Shown here in pieces: positions 1 through 8,316 of a stretch of 56,543 nucleotides of DNA. Source of the stretch: Caldilineae bacterium. GTDB taxonomy: Bacteria > Chloroflexota > Anaerolineae > DTLA01. Location of the stretch: contig JBBIHX010000005.1 in the NCBI GenBank assembly GCA_037446815.1, positions 1-56,543 on the forward strand, given 5' to 3'. The notes below the pieces were generated by a model that made no database searches, was not told the DNA's origin, and saw only the letters and a list, made by a program, of their open reading frames with translations. The position numbers and the translations under genes were made by a program. Each line of letters begins with the position of its first letter. Position 1 is the stretch's first letter.

Positions 1-1
1 G

Positions 2-112
2 CCGGTGCCACCCACGCAGCCGCCTCCGCCGCCCACGCAGCCGCCGACGCCCACGTCGCCGCCGCCGACGCCGACACCCGTCCCGCCGACGCCCACCAGG
101 CCGCCGCGTTAG
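2..112 (+). CDS. 3' end of an upstream gene (partial): Pro/Thr-rich C-terminal tail of a probable surface protein
   Basis: Frame 2 reads PVPPTQPPPPPTQPPTPTSPPPTPTPVPPTPTRPPR-stop (TAG 110-112), 10 nt before the next ATG; same PT-tail style as the next gene. Confidence 0.75.
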   Translation, partial: PVPPTQPPPPPTQPPTPTSPPPTPTPVPPTPTRPPR

Positions 113-122
113 GGGATAACCC

Positions 123-1493
123 ATGCAGTTTCGGATAACTAGGGCCAGGATGATTCAGGCGCTGGTGGCTTGCCTGGTCTTCTTTGCGCCCATGGTGCTG
201 GTGCTGGCCGTTCCGGGGGATTCGCTGGCCAACGCCTGGCGCCCCCTCGGCATGGAGAGCAGCAAGGTGAGCGCGGTCTACGCGCTGAGGAGCGGCGCGG
301 AGTCGCGTTACCTCTGCGCCACGTCGGGCCTGGGCGTGTGGCATCTGGCGGAGGGGCGCTGGCACGCGCTCAATGCGGGCCTGCCGACGGGCGCGTGGGG
401 GCAGATTCCCCGCGTGCGCATGGTGGCCCAGGAGGGCCAGCCGATACGCCTGTACCTGGCGCTGGGGGAGCGGGCAGACTTGGTGGGCTTCTACTCCCAG
501 AGTTACCCCGCGTCGTGGACGTTTCTGCACGCCGATTTCGGGAACGACGTTATTCGGGCCGTGGCGTTTGAGCCGGACCCTGCGCTGCTATACGCGGCGA
601 CGGCTGTGGCGGTGTACCGCAGCGCCGACGGCGGGCTGACCTGGCAGCGGCTGGATGGCCCTCCTGCGGCTGGTGCGCCGTCCGTGCTGGTCGTCCACCC
701 GCGCAGGCCGGGCGAACTTTGGCTTGGGACTTCGCGCGGCGAAGTGTACATCTCGCGGGACCGAGGCGAGACGTGGGCCTTGTCCCTGCGGCTTTCGCTG
801 GAGCGTGTGGTGAATTCCATCGCCATTGATGCGGTAGAACCCGATGTGGCGTACATGGCCGCCGGGGCCAGCGTCTACGCCACCACCGACGGCGGCCAGA
901 CGTGGAATCGGCGGGCCTCGGGCCTGGGCACGGGGTTTGCCGTCGCGCTCCTTGTGGACCCGGCTATGCGGGGGACGGTGTTTCTGGGCGCGAACCCCGA
1001 CGGTGTGTACTGGAGCAACAACTACGCCCGCACGTGGCAGCCCTTCCGTGAGGGGATGGGACGCCTGGGGGTCAACAGCCTGGCGCTGGACCCGGTGGAC
1101 AACGAGACGCTTCTGGCGGGGACGGACAACGGCGTCTGGGCGCGGTCGCTGGCGTGGCTTCGGAGCGGAGCCGGGGTAACCGTGCCACCCCCGTACACCC
1201 CCACGCCGCTGCCGGCCACGGAATCGCCCACCCCGACGCGCTCGGCCACGCGCACGCTCACGCCGACCCGCACGCGCCTCCCTAGCCCAACGCCCACGCC
1301 CACCGTCCAGCCCACGGCCACGCAGGTCAGGGTCGCAACCCTCGCGCCGTCGCCAACGCCTACCGCCTCGCCGAGTCCTGCGCCGACGGGGGCCGCGCCG
1401 GAGCCGACCCGCGCTGCCCCCACGGTCGCGCCCACGGCCACGCCGACCCCCGCGCCCACGGCCACAGCAACGCCGACCTTGCCGCCGCGATGA
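123..1493 (+). CDS. Secreted/membrane-anchored BNR/Asp-box (WD40/YVTN-like) beta-propeller protein with PT-rich C-terminal tail
   Basis: N-terminal hydrophobic segment; Asp-box repeats SADGGLTW, SRDRGETW, TTDGGQTW, SNNYARTW; ~100-aa Pro/Thr tail ending PTLPPR. Confidence 0.85.
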   Translation: MQFRITRARMIQALVACLVFFAPMVLVLAVPGDSLANAWRPLGMESSKVSAVYALRSGAESRYLCATSGLGVWHLAEGRWHALNAGLPTGAWGQIPRVRMVAQEGQPIRLYLALGERADLVGFYSQSYPASWTFLHADFGNDVIRAVAFEPDPALLYAATAVAVYRSADGGLTWQRLDGPPAAGAPSVLVVHPRRPGELWLGTSRGEVYISRDRGETWALSLRLSLERVVNSIAIDAVEPDVAYMAAGASVYATTDGGQTWNRRASGLGTGFAVALLVDPAMRGTVFLGANPDGVYWSNNYARTWQPFREGMGRLGVNSLALDPVDNETLLAGTDNGVWARSLAWLRSGAGVTVPPPYTPTPLPATESPTPTRSATRTLTPTRTRLPSPTPTPTVQPTATQVRVATLAPSPTPTASPSPAPTGAAPEPTRAAPTVAPTATPTPAPTATATPTLPPR

Positions 1494-1531
1494 GGTGAGG
1501 CGATGAGAGTGGATTGGAGAGAGGATTCGCC

Positions 1532-3838
1532 ATGAGCGCGTCCACGACGATATACATCCCGCCGCCGACGATTCACTACCGCAAGGACGGGCTGCTGCGC
1601 CTGGAGCGGCGGTTTGGCGCGCCGTTCCGCTGGGGCATGTTCCTGGTGGGCAGCATCAGCGTGTGGACGACGCAGCAGGTGCCGTTCCCGCGGGCGGCCG
1701 CGCTGGGCCTGGCCGTCTTCATGGCGTTTGCGTTCACCATGTCGGTGCTGGTGTACGGCCCCTGGCGGGAGAGAGTCCCCGTCTGGCTGGTGCCCGCGGC
1801 CACGGTTGTGGATTCGCTGGCGGTGCTGTTCCTGATTCCGTTTTCCGGCGGCGTGGGGAGCGAACTCTACCTGCTCTATTTCGTGCTGGCGGTCAAGGTT
1901 GCCCTCTGCTACCCGTTCGTGCGGTGGCTCATCTTCCTGCCCTTCCTGTACGGGCCGCTCTACATCCTGGGCGTGTACTTGCAGATTCAGTCGCTTCTGT
2001 TCCTGCTGTCGCCTGGGTTTGTGCTCCGATATCTCATCTTGTTCGCCATGGTGTTGGCGGCCCTGTACGTAGCCTGGCTCTTGGACCGCAGGTATCGGCT
2101 CATCCGCGGCTTGAACTACGCGCTGGAGGAGCAGGGGCAGGAACTGCGCCGCAAGACCTCGGTGCTGCAACGGACGGCGACGGACCTGGGCGATCGCGTG
2201 ATGCAATTGCGCTCTCTGCAGGAGGGCATCAAGACCATCAACTCGGCGGTGGCGCTGGAGTCGCTACTGGCGATGATCGTGGCCAATGCCTCGCAGGTGC
2301 TTCGCGGCACGCGCTGCTCCATTGCCCTGCTGGACGACGCGTCGGGCGAGGTGGTAACGCTGGCCGCGTCGGGCGTGGCCCCGCAGAACCTGTGGGGGTC
2401 GCGCTTCCCCGTGGGTAAGGGCGTCGCCGGGTGGGTGGTGGCCAACGCCGCGCCTGTGCTCATCGGCGATGTGTCGCAGGATGCCCGATTCATACGCCTG
2501 GGCCAAATGCCGGTGCAGTCCATCATCAGCGTTCCGCTCATGTCGGACGGCAAGGCCATCGGCGCTCTCAGCGCCACCAGCCCGGAGGCGAATGCGTTCG
2601 GCCCGGATGACCTGAACCTGCTGGCGGCATTCGCGGACCAGGCGGCCATTGCCGTCAAGAAGGCGCGCCTGTACGAAGACCTGGCCCGCGAGAAACGCCA
2701 GACCGAGCAAATCTACCGCAGCGTGCAGGAGAAGAGCAACGAGTTGGAAGCCGTCCTGCAGGGCATCGGCGACGGCGTTCTGGTTACCGACACGGAGTTG
2801 AACTTGGTGATGATGAACACCGTCGCCGCGCGCATTTTCGGCGTGGACGAGGATCCCTTGCTTGGCAAGCCGCTCGCCGATACCGTGGGCCATCGCGAAC
2901 TCCTGGATGTGATGCGCGAGGCGATGGCGGCTCCAGGCAAGCCCGTGATTCGCGAGATTCGCGTACCCATGACCCGCGACCACCCCGAGATGATCTTCCA
3001 GGCGCTCGCCACCACCGTCCCAGGCGCTGCCGGCGAGGCGCGCGGCGTCGTTACCGTCCTGCGCGACATCACCAGCCAGAAGCAGTTGGAGCAGATGAAG
3101 TCCAACTTCCTGTCGGTGGTGTCGCACGAGTTGAAGACGCCGCTTCACTCCATCAAGGGCTTTGTGGACATCATCCTGATGGGCAAGACGGGCAAGATCA
3201 ACGACCTCCAGCGCGACTTCCTGGCGACGGTGCGCGAGCAGACCGATCAGTTGCAGAACCTTATCACGGAACTTCTGGAGTTCTCGCGCCTGGAGTCGGG
3301 GCAGATTCGCCTGCGGATAGAGGATGTTTCCCTGGCCGACATCGCCGCGCGGGTGGTGGAAAAACTCTCGCCGCAAGCGCAGGAGGCGCAGATTTCGCTG
3401 GAACTCGCCATCGCGCGGGACTTCGCCACGGTGGAAGCCGACGCCACACGCATGGAGCAGGTGCTCACGAATCTGGTGGACAACGCCATCAAGTTCACGC
3501 CGTCGGGCGGGCGCATCGTCATCAACGGCGAGGACCTCGGCGACCGTGTGCTCATCTCGGTGGCGGATACCGGCATCGGCATCCCGCCGGCAGAGCGCGA
3601 ACGGGTGTTTGAGCGATTCTACCAGGTGGATAGCGGCGCCACCCGCCCCTATCGCGGCACCGGCCTGGGGCTCAGCATCTGCAAGCATATCGTGGAGCAC
3701 CACCGCGGGCGCATTTGGGTGGAGGGCGCGGAGCCCCAGGGCAGCGTGTTCAAGTTCATCTTGCCGAAGCGCCTGGAGGGCGGGCGCGACTTGTCCCTGG
3801 ATTTCACGACGCTTCCCTCGGACACCTCCCGCCAGTGA
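1532..3838 (+). CDS. Membrane sensor histidine kinase (multi-TM, GAF, PAS, HisKA, HATPase_c; PhoR/WalK-like transmitter)
   Basis: H-box VVSHELKTPL, N-box LTNLVDNAIKFT, G1 DTGIGI, F-box FERFYQ, G2 GTGLGL; GAF end LLAAFADQAAIAV; PAS start IGDGVLVTD and end VLRDIT; ATG at 1532 follows GAGAGGA (ORF track starts at 1514). Confidence 0.93.
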   Translation: MSASTTIYIPPPTIHYRKDGLLRLERRFGAPFRWGMFLVGSISVWTTQQVPFPRAAALGLAVFMAFAFTMSVLVYGPWRERVPVWLVPAATVVDSLAVLFLIPFSGGVGSELYLLYFVLAVKVALCYPFVRWLIFLPFLYGPLYILGVYLQIQSLLFLLSPGFVLRYLILFAMVLAALYVAWLLDRRYRLIRGLNYALEEQGQELRRKTSVLQRTATDLGDRVMQLRSLQEGIKTINSAVALESLLAMIVANASQVLRGTRCSIALLDDASGEVVTLAASGVAPQNLWGSRFPVGKGVAGWVVANAAPVLIGDVSQDARFIRLGQMPVQSIISVPLMSDGKAIGALSATSPEANAFGPDDLNLLAAFADQAAIAVKKARLYEDLAREKRQTEQIYRSVQEKSNELEAVLQGIGDGVLVTDTELNLVMMNTVAARIFGVDEDPLLGKPLADTVGHRELLDVMREAMAAPGKPVIREIRVPMTRDHPEMIFQALATTVPGAAGEARGVVTVLRDITSQKQLEQMKSNFLSVVSHELKTPLHSIKGFVDIILMGKTGKINDLQRDFLATVREQTDQLQNLITELLEFSRLESGQIRLRIEDVSLADIAARVVEKLSPQAQEAQISLELAIARDFATVEADATRMEQVLTNLVDNAIKFTPSGGRIVINGEDLGDRVLISVADTGIGIPPAERERVFERFYQVDSGATRPYRGTGLGLSICKHIVEHHRGRIWVEGAEPQGSVFKFILPKRLEGGRDLSLDFTTLPSDTSRQ

Positions 3839-3870
3839 TGCTAATTCGGTTCCAAAGTCGGTTGGTAGCC

Positions 3871-3942
3871 GTCATTGCGAGGGCACGCAGTGCCCGAAGC
3901 AATCTCCGGGGCGTGGGATTGCTTCGCTTCGCTCGCAATGAC
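3871..3942. repeat. Nested palindromic (REP-like) intergenic element
   Basis: GTCATTGCGAG (3871-3881) pairs with CTCGCAATGAC (3932-3942); CGAAGCAATC (3895-3904) pairs with GATTGCTTCG (3917-3926); side hairpin GGGCAC-GCA-GTGCCC. Confidence 0.85.
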
Positions 3943-4043
3943 ACGCGAGGAAAGTGCGCCTGCGGCTCACCAACACAAGATGAAACCGACTCGTGATGCT
4001 TCGCGTGTTGGCCCTTGGGGCCGCCCGGGTCATCATGAACAGT

Positions 4044-4099
4044 TTGTCATGCGCACCCAAGGGCTTTGTCATCCGTTTTTCATCAAGGTTGTGTATAAT
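4044..4099 (+). promoter_or_regulatory. Candidate activator-dependent sigma70 promoter with PhoB/OmpR-type direct repeats (Pho-box-like)
   Basis: TTGTCAT 4044-4050, TTGTCAT 4066-4072, TTTTCAT 4077-4083 (22- and 11-bp periodicity); perfect TATAAT at 4094-4099, 10 bp after the last repeat; no recognisable -35; AT-rich patch in GC-rich DNA. Confidence 0.6.
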
Positions 4100-4282
4100 T
4101 GCCATAAGGAGACCTATCATCCCTAGAGGGCCGCTCCCTGCGTCGGCTCCCGATACTCGGGGCCGACGTACTTGTGCAGGTGGCATGGCAACGGACGCGC
4201 GGCCCGCAACAGGTGCAGAGAACGGCAACGCCCGACGCTTCCGTGCTTCCTCACACAACCAAAGCCATAAGGAGATGATGTC

Positions 4283-5752
4283 TTGAGAGTTGCGCTGATT
4301 GCGCCGAAGTGGCACGAGAAGATCACCGATTACCCGCCCCTGGGCCTGGCGTACCTGGGCGCGGTCTTGGAGCGCGGCGGGCACGAGGCGCGCATCTTTG
4401 ACTTTGGCCTGCGCCCCCACCGCCCGCAACAGGACGACGTGGCCGACGTGGTCGCCTACGCCCCCGACCTCATCGGGTTCACGGTGATGACCGGCGGCTA
4501 CCACAGCGTAACCGAGGCCATCGGCTTGTTCAAGCAGGCGCTACCCTCGGTTCCCATCGTGCTGGGCGGGCCGCACCCGACGGTGTTCCCGGAGGCCGTG
4601 GCGTCGGATCCAGGCGTGGACTTCGTGGTCTACGGCGAGGGCGAGGAGACGCTGATGGAACTGGTCGCCGCGCTGGAGGCCGGGGCCGAGGATTTCTCCG
4701 GCATTCGCGGCATCGCCTACGCGCGCGACGGGCAGGTGGTGCGCACGCCCGAGCGCCCGCTCATCGCCGACCTGGACGCGCTGCCGCTGCCGGCGCGCCA
4801 CCTGCTGGAACTGGACAAGTATCCGCTGGCCGCGCCCGACGGCCGGAAGATGCTCACCGTCTTGTCCAGCCGCGGCTGCCCCTTCAATTGCAGTTACTGC
4901 TTCAAGGGCATCGTCGGGCGCACGTACCGCCAGCGCAGCGCTGAGAACGTGGTGAACGAACTGCGCCTGCTGCGCAATCAGTACAACGTGCGCAACTTCT
5001 ACTTCATAGACGACCTGTTTACCATCAACACCAAGCGCCTCATGGCCATCTCGCAGATGATCATAGACGAGGGTCTGGACATCCGCTGGCAGTGCCTGGG
5101 GCGCGTGGACCGCGTAACGCCCGAAAGCCTGGCCATGATGTACCGCGCGGGCTGCCGCGAAATCCACTACGGGATTGAGTCCGGCAACCCCGAAGTCCTG
5201 GCGGCCACCGGCAAGAATATCACCATGGACCAGGTGCGCCAGGCGGTGAGGTGGACGGCCCAGTCCGGCATCCGCAGCAAGGGCTACTTCATGCTGGGCC
5301 TGCCAGGGGACACGGAAGAGACGATGGAGCAGACCATCCGTTTCGCCTGCGAATTGGAATTGGACGAGGCGATGTTCAGCATCACGACGCCGTTCCCGGG
5401 CACGCGCTTGTGGGACGAACTGGTCAAGAGGCGCCCGGAGACCCGATACAACGCCGACTTCACCCGCGCCTACTACTACAACGCCTACACCGAGGAGATC
5501 GCGCCATTCCTGAACGTGTCGGAGGTGTCGGACTCGCGGCTGGGCAAGCTGGCCCTGGTGGCCCGGCGGCGGTTTGAGGAGAGCCGCCAGCGCCGCCGAT
5601 ACCTGAAGGCGTTCGGCCCGCGGCTGGGCGCGGTGGCCTGGGCCATCTCGCGGGTAACGCCGATTCGTGCGCTGGCGCGGAGCCTGGTTCGCCTGGGCCT
5701 GTTCAAGCGGTTCGCATCCCTACGAAAGGAAGGAAAGCACGCATGGGTATAA
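4283..5752 (+). CDS. Cobalamin-binding-domain radical SAM protein
   Basis: TTG start 8 nt after AAGGAG; B12-domain motifs YPPLGLAYL, LGGPHPT, GEGEET; CxxxCxxC in SRGCPFNCSYC; FIDDLFT, GIESG. Confidence 0.92.
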   Translation: MRVALIAPKWHEKITDYPPLGLAYLGAVLERGGHEARIFDFGLRPHRPQQDDVADVVAYAPDLIGFTVMTGGYHSVTEAIGLFKQALPSVPIVLGGPHPTVFPEAVASDPGVDFVVYGEGEETLMELVAALEAGAEDFSGIRGIAYARDGQVVRTPERPLIADLDALPLPARHLLELDKYPLAAPDGRKMLTVLSSRGCPFNCSYCFKGIVGRTYRQRSAENVVNELRLLRNQYNVRNFYFIDDLFTINTKRLMAISQMIIDEGLDIRWQCLGRVDRVTPESLAMMYRAGCREIHYGIESGNPEVLAATGKNITMDQVRQAVRWTAQSGIRSKGYFMLGLPGDTEETMEQTIRFACELELDEAMFSITTPFPGTRLWDELVKRRPETRYNADFTRAYYYNAYTEEIAPFLNVSEVSDSRLGKLALVARRRFEESRQRRRYLKAFGPRLGAVAWAISRVTPIRALARSLVRLGLFKRFASLRKEGKHAWV

Positions 5753-6735
5753 GGATTCCGCGGGGTCGCCGACTGCGAAAGCGAGCGGCCTCTCTGGTGA
5801 AGTACCTGGGATACAAGGCCGGTCTGGTCCACCTGCCTTACTATCCCGATCGCATGTACCTTGAGTCCACGAATGCTTGCAACCTGAACTGCATCATGTG
5901 CCCCAACGGCATCGGCACGATGAAGCGCAAGCGGGGCTACATGGAGTGGGACTTGTTCCGCCAGATCGTGGACGAGATGGCCGGCCATGTGCCGGTTACC
6001 ACGCTGCACATCTGGGGCGAGCCGCTGCTGCATCCCAAACTGCCCGACATGATCGCCTACGCCCGCCAGAAGGGCATCCGCCCGGAAATCTCCACCAACG
6101 CCACGCTGCTCACGGAGGATCTCAGCAAGGAGATTCTGAAGGCAGGGCTGGGGACGATTTATATGTGCCTGGATGGCGCGTCGGCAGAAACCTACGAGGC
6201 CATCCGCCGCCGTGGGGATTTTGAGCAGACGCGGGCCAACATCCAGCGGTTCATTGACCTGCGCCGCCAGGTGCCCGGCACGGAGCCCCAGGTCAACGTG
6301 CAGATTATAGAAATGCAGCCGACCCTGCCCGAGGTGGAGGAGTTCACCAAGCAGTGGCGGCAAGCGGGCGTGTACCGCGTCAGCGTCAAGCCGTTTGATT
6401 CGTGGGGCAATCAGGTGGACGCCATCGCCAGCCTGCGGGCCGCCGAGGCGAACGTACCCCCCAAACGGTGGCACTGCCCCAACCTGTGGTTCCATGTCCA
6501 CATCTATTGGGACGGGACGCTGGTCTGCTGCGACCGCGACTTTGACGCGCTGTACCCGCTGGGCAACGTGGCGGGCGGCGTAATGAAGGCGTGGAACGGC
6601 CCGGCCATGCAGGAACTGCGGCGCAAGCACTTGGCGCGGCAACTGGACGACGTGCCGTCGTGCCGCAACTGCGTGGAATGGGCCTGGTGGAAGCCGACGC
6701 CGTTCCAGTCCTTTGGCAATCGCCCGCAGGAGTAA
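5743..6735 (+). CDS. Radical SAM protein with C-terminal SPASM/Twitch Fe-S domain
   Basis: TNACNLNCIMCP; WGEPLLHP; ISTNA; C-terminal WHCPNLW..DGTLVCCD..LGNV..SCRNC. Confidence 0.9.
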   Translation: MGIRIPRGRRLRKRAASLVKYLGYKAGLVHLPYYPDRMYLESTNACNLNCIMCPNGIGTMKRKRGYMEWDLFRQIVDEMAGHVPVTTLHIWGEPLLHPKLPDMIAYARQKGIRPEISTNATLLTEDLSKEILKAGLGTIYMCLDGASAETYEAIRRRGDFEQTRANIQRFIDLRRQVPGTEPQVNVQIIEMQPTLPEVEEFTKQWRQAGVYRVSVKPFDSWGNQVDAIASLRAAEANVPPKRWHCPNLWFHVHIYWDGTLVCCDRDFDALYPLGNVAGGVMKAWNGPAMQELRRKHLARQLDDVPSCRNCVEWAWWKPTPFQSFGNRPQE

Positions 6736-6766
6736 GCGTTAAGGAGCACGCGCACACGAGGCCAAC

Positions 6767-8239
6767 GTGAAGACCCAACCCGCCGCAACGAGAATCGTTC
6801 GGACAACGTGGATTGCGCCGCTGGCATTGTTCTTGCTGGCGCTGGCCGTGCGGCTGTGGCGCATCGGGGCCGAGAGCCTGTGGCTGGACGAGGCCACGAG
6901 CCTGTTCCTGGCCCGCAAGTCGGTGCCGGATGTCATCGCGTGGACGGCGAAGGATATCCACCCGCCGCTGTATTACCTACTGCTGCACTTCTGGCGGGTG
7001 TTCGGCGAGAGCGAGGCGGCGCTGCGGAGCCTGTCGGCCGTGGCAGGGGCGTTGAGCGCGGCGGTCATCTACGGTCTGGGCGCGCGGCTATCGGACAGGC
7101 GGGCGGGATTGGCCGCCGGCTTGCTGCTGGCGCTCGCGCCCGTTCACGTCTGGTACTCGCAGCAGGCGCGGATGTACACGTGGCTTGGATTGTGGGGGCT
7201 GCTGTCCAGCCTGTGCCTGGTGGCGTTTCTGGACACGCGGAAGGCGCGCTTCGCCGTTGGGTATGTGCTGGCGAGCGCGGCGTCGCTGTACACGCACTAC
7301 TACACGGTATTCGTGTTCCTGGCCCAGGGCGTGTACGTGCTATACGAGGCGTGGCGTGTGCGCCGATGGCGCACGGTGGCCGAGTTCGCGGTGGGGGTGG
7401 CGGCGAGCGTGCTGCTGTTCGCGCCGTGGATTCCGACCATGTGGTTCCAGGTTACGTCGGGCGGGGGCGGCTGGGTGGCGCGCGGCGGAACGCCAGGCCC
7501 TCGCGCCCTGGCCGACATCTTCGTGGCGTTCAGCGTGGGCAACGCCAGGCCGCTGTACCCGTGGTGGCTCCGCTGGCTGGCTTACCTGGCACTGGCCGGG
7601 ATGAGCCTGTGGGCGGTATGGACGGGCATCCGCCAGCGCGACCGCGCCAAGCGTAGGGGTGTGGTATTCGCGGCGGCGTACCTCATCGCGCCGGTGGGGG
7701 CGGCCTGGCTCGTCTCCCAGGTCAAGCCTCTGTACTCCGAGCGTTACCTGCAGGCGTTCCTGCCCGGGTACCTGCTGCTGGCCGCCATGGGGATGGGGGC
7801 GTTGCCCAGGGCATGGCTGCGGCGCGTCGCGGTGGCCGCGCTTGCGGCGACGCTGGCGTTTGGCCTGTGGCAGATGGGCAACGTGTTGCAGACGGAGGAC
7901 TGGCGGAGCGCGGCGGCCTACGTTTCCGAGCGCGCGGCGGAGGGCGACGTGGCGGTGTTCTATCCGGGCTGGAACGAGAAGCCCTTCGGGTACTACGCGA
8001 CGGCGGACTTGCCCGCGTGGACCTGGTTCAAGGTGCCGCTGCCGCCGGATGAGGTGGAGTCCAGCATTCTCGCGGGGATTCGCGGGTACCGCAGGGCGTG
8101 GCTGGTCTGGTCCGTCGGGCACTACGGCGACCCCACAGGCCAGGTCAAGCGTTACATGGATGAGCACTACACCCTGGTGGGCGAGCAACGCTTTCGCGGA
8201 CCTATCGGCGTGGCCCTGTACATCTTGGCGGGGCGGTAG
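6767..8239 (+). CDS. GT-C fold membrane glycosyltransferase (PMT_2/GT39-ArnT-like)
   Basis: Loop-1 ESLWLDEA, DIHPPLYY, SEAALRSLS, WYSQQARMY, LYTHYY; many TM segments plus soluble C-terminal domain (EDWRSAAAYV). Confidence 0.88.
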   Translation: MKTQPAATRIVRTTWIAPLALFLLALAVRLWRIGAESLWLDEATSLFLARKSVPDVIAWTAKDIHPPLYYLLLHFWRVFGESEAALRSLSAVAGALSAAVIYGLGARLSDRRAGLAAGLLLALAPVHVWYSQQARMYTWLGLWGLLSSLCLVAFLDTRKARFAVGYVLASAASLYTHYYTVFVFLAQGVYVLYEAWRVRRWRTVAEFAVGVAASVLLFAPWIPTMWFQVTSGGGGWVARGGTPGPRALADIFVAFSVGNARPLYPWWLRWLAYLALAGMSLWAVWTGIRQRDRAKRRGVVFAAAYLIAPVGAAWLVSQVKPLYSERYLQAFLPGYLLLAAMGMGALPRAWLRRVAVAALAATLAFGLWQMGNVLQTEDWRSAAAYVSERAAEGDVAVFYPGWNEKPFGYYATADLPAWTWFKVPLPPDEVESSILAGIRGYRRAWLVWSVGHYGDPTGQVKRYMDEHYTLVGEQRFRGPIGVALYILAGR

Positions 8240-8316
8240 GAGGGCATCTGAAACTGTCGGATTGGCGTGGACGGCGGCGCGATGCGCTAATCTCATACTG
8301 GGGGCCGGCTCTGCCG

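Noticed and set aside
3875..4286. ORFs 3875-4126, 3993-4286 and minus-strand 3872-4504 as genes
   Set aside because: They span the palindromic element and promoter, lack an SD and recognisable motifs, and show atypical codon usage.
4185..6735. RiPP cluster (short peptide + B12 radical SAM + SPASM radical SAM)
   Set aside because: No RRE/PqqD domain, peptidase or peptide exporter; the peptide has no precursor-like core; the context is entirely glycan biosynthesis.
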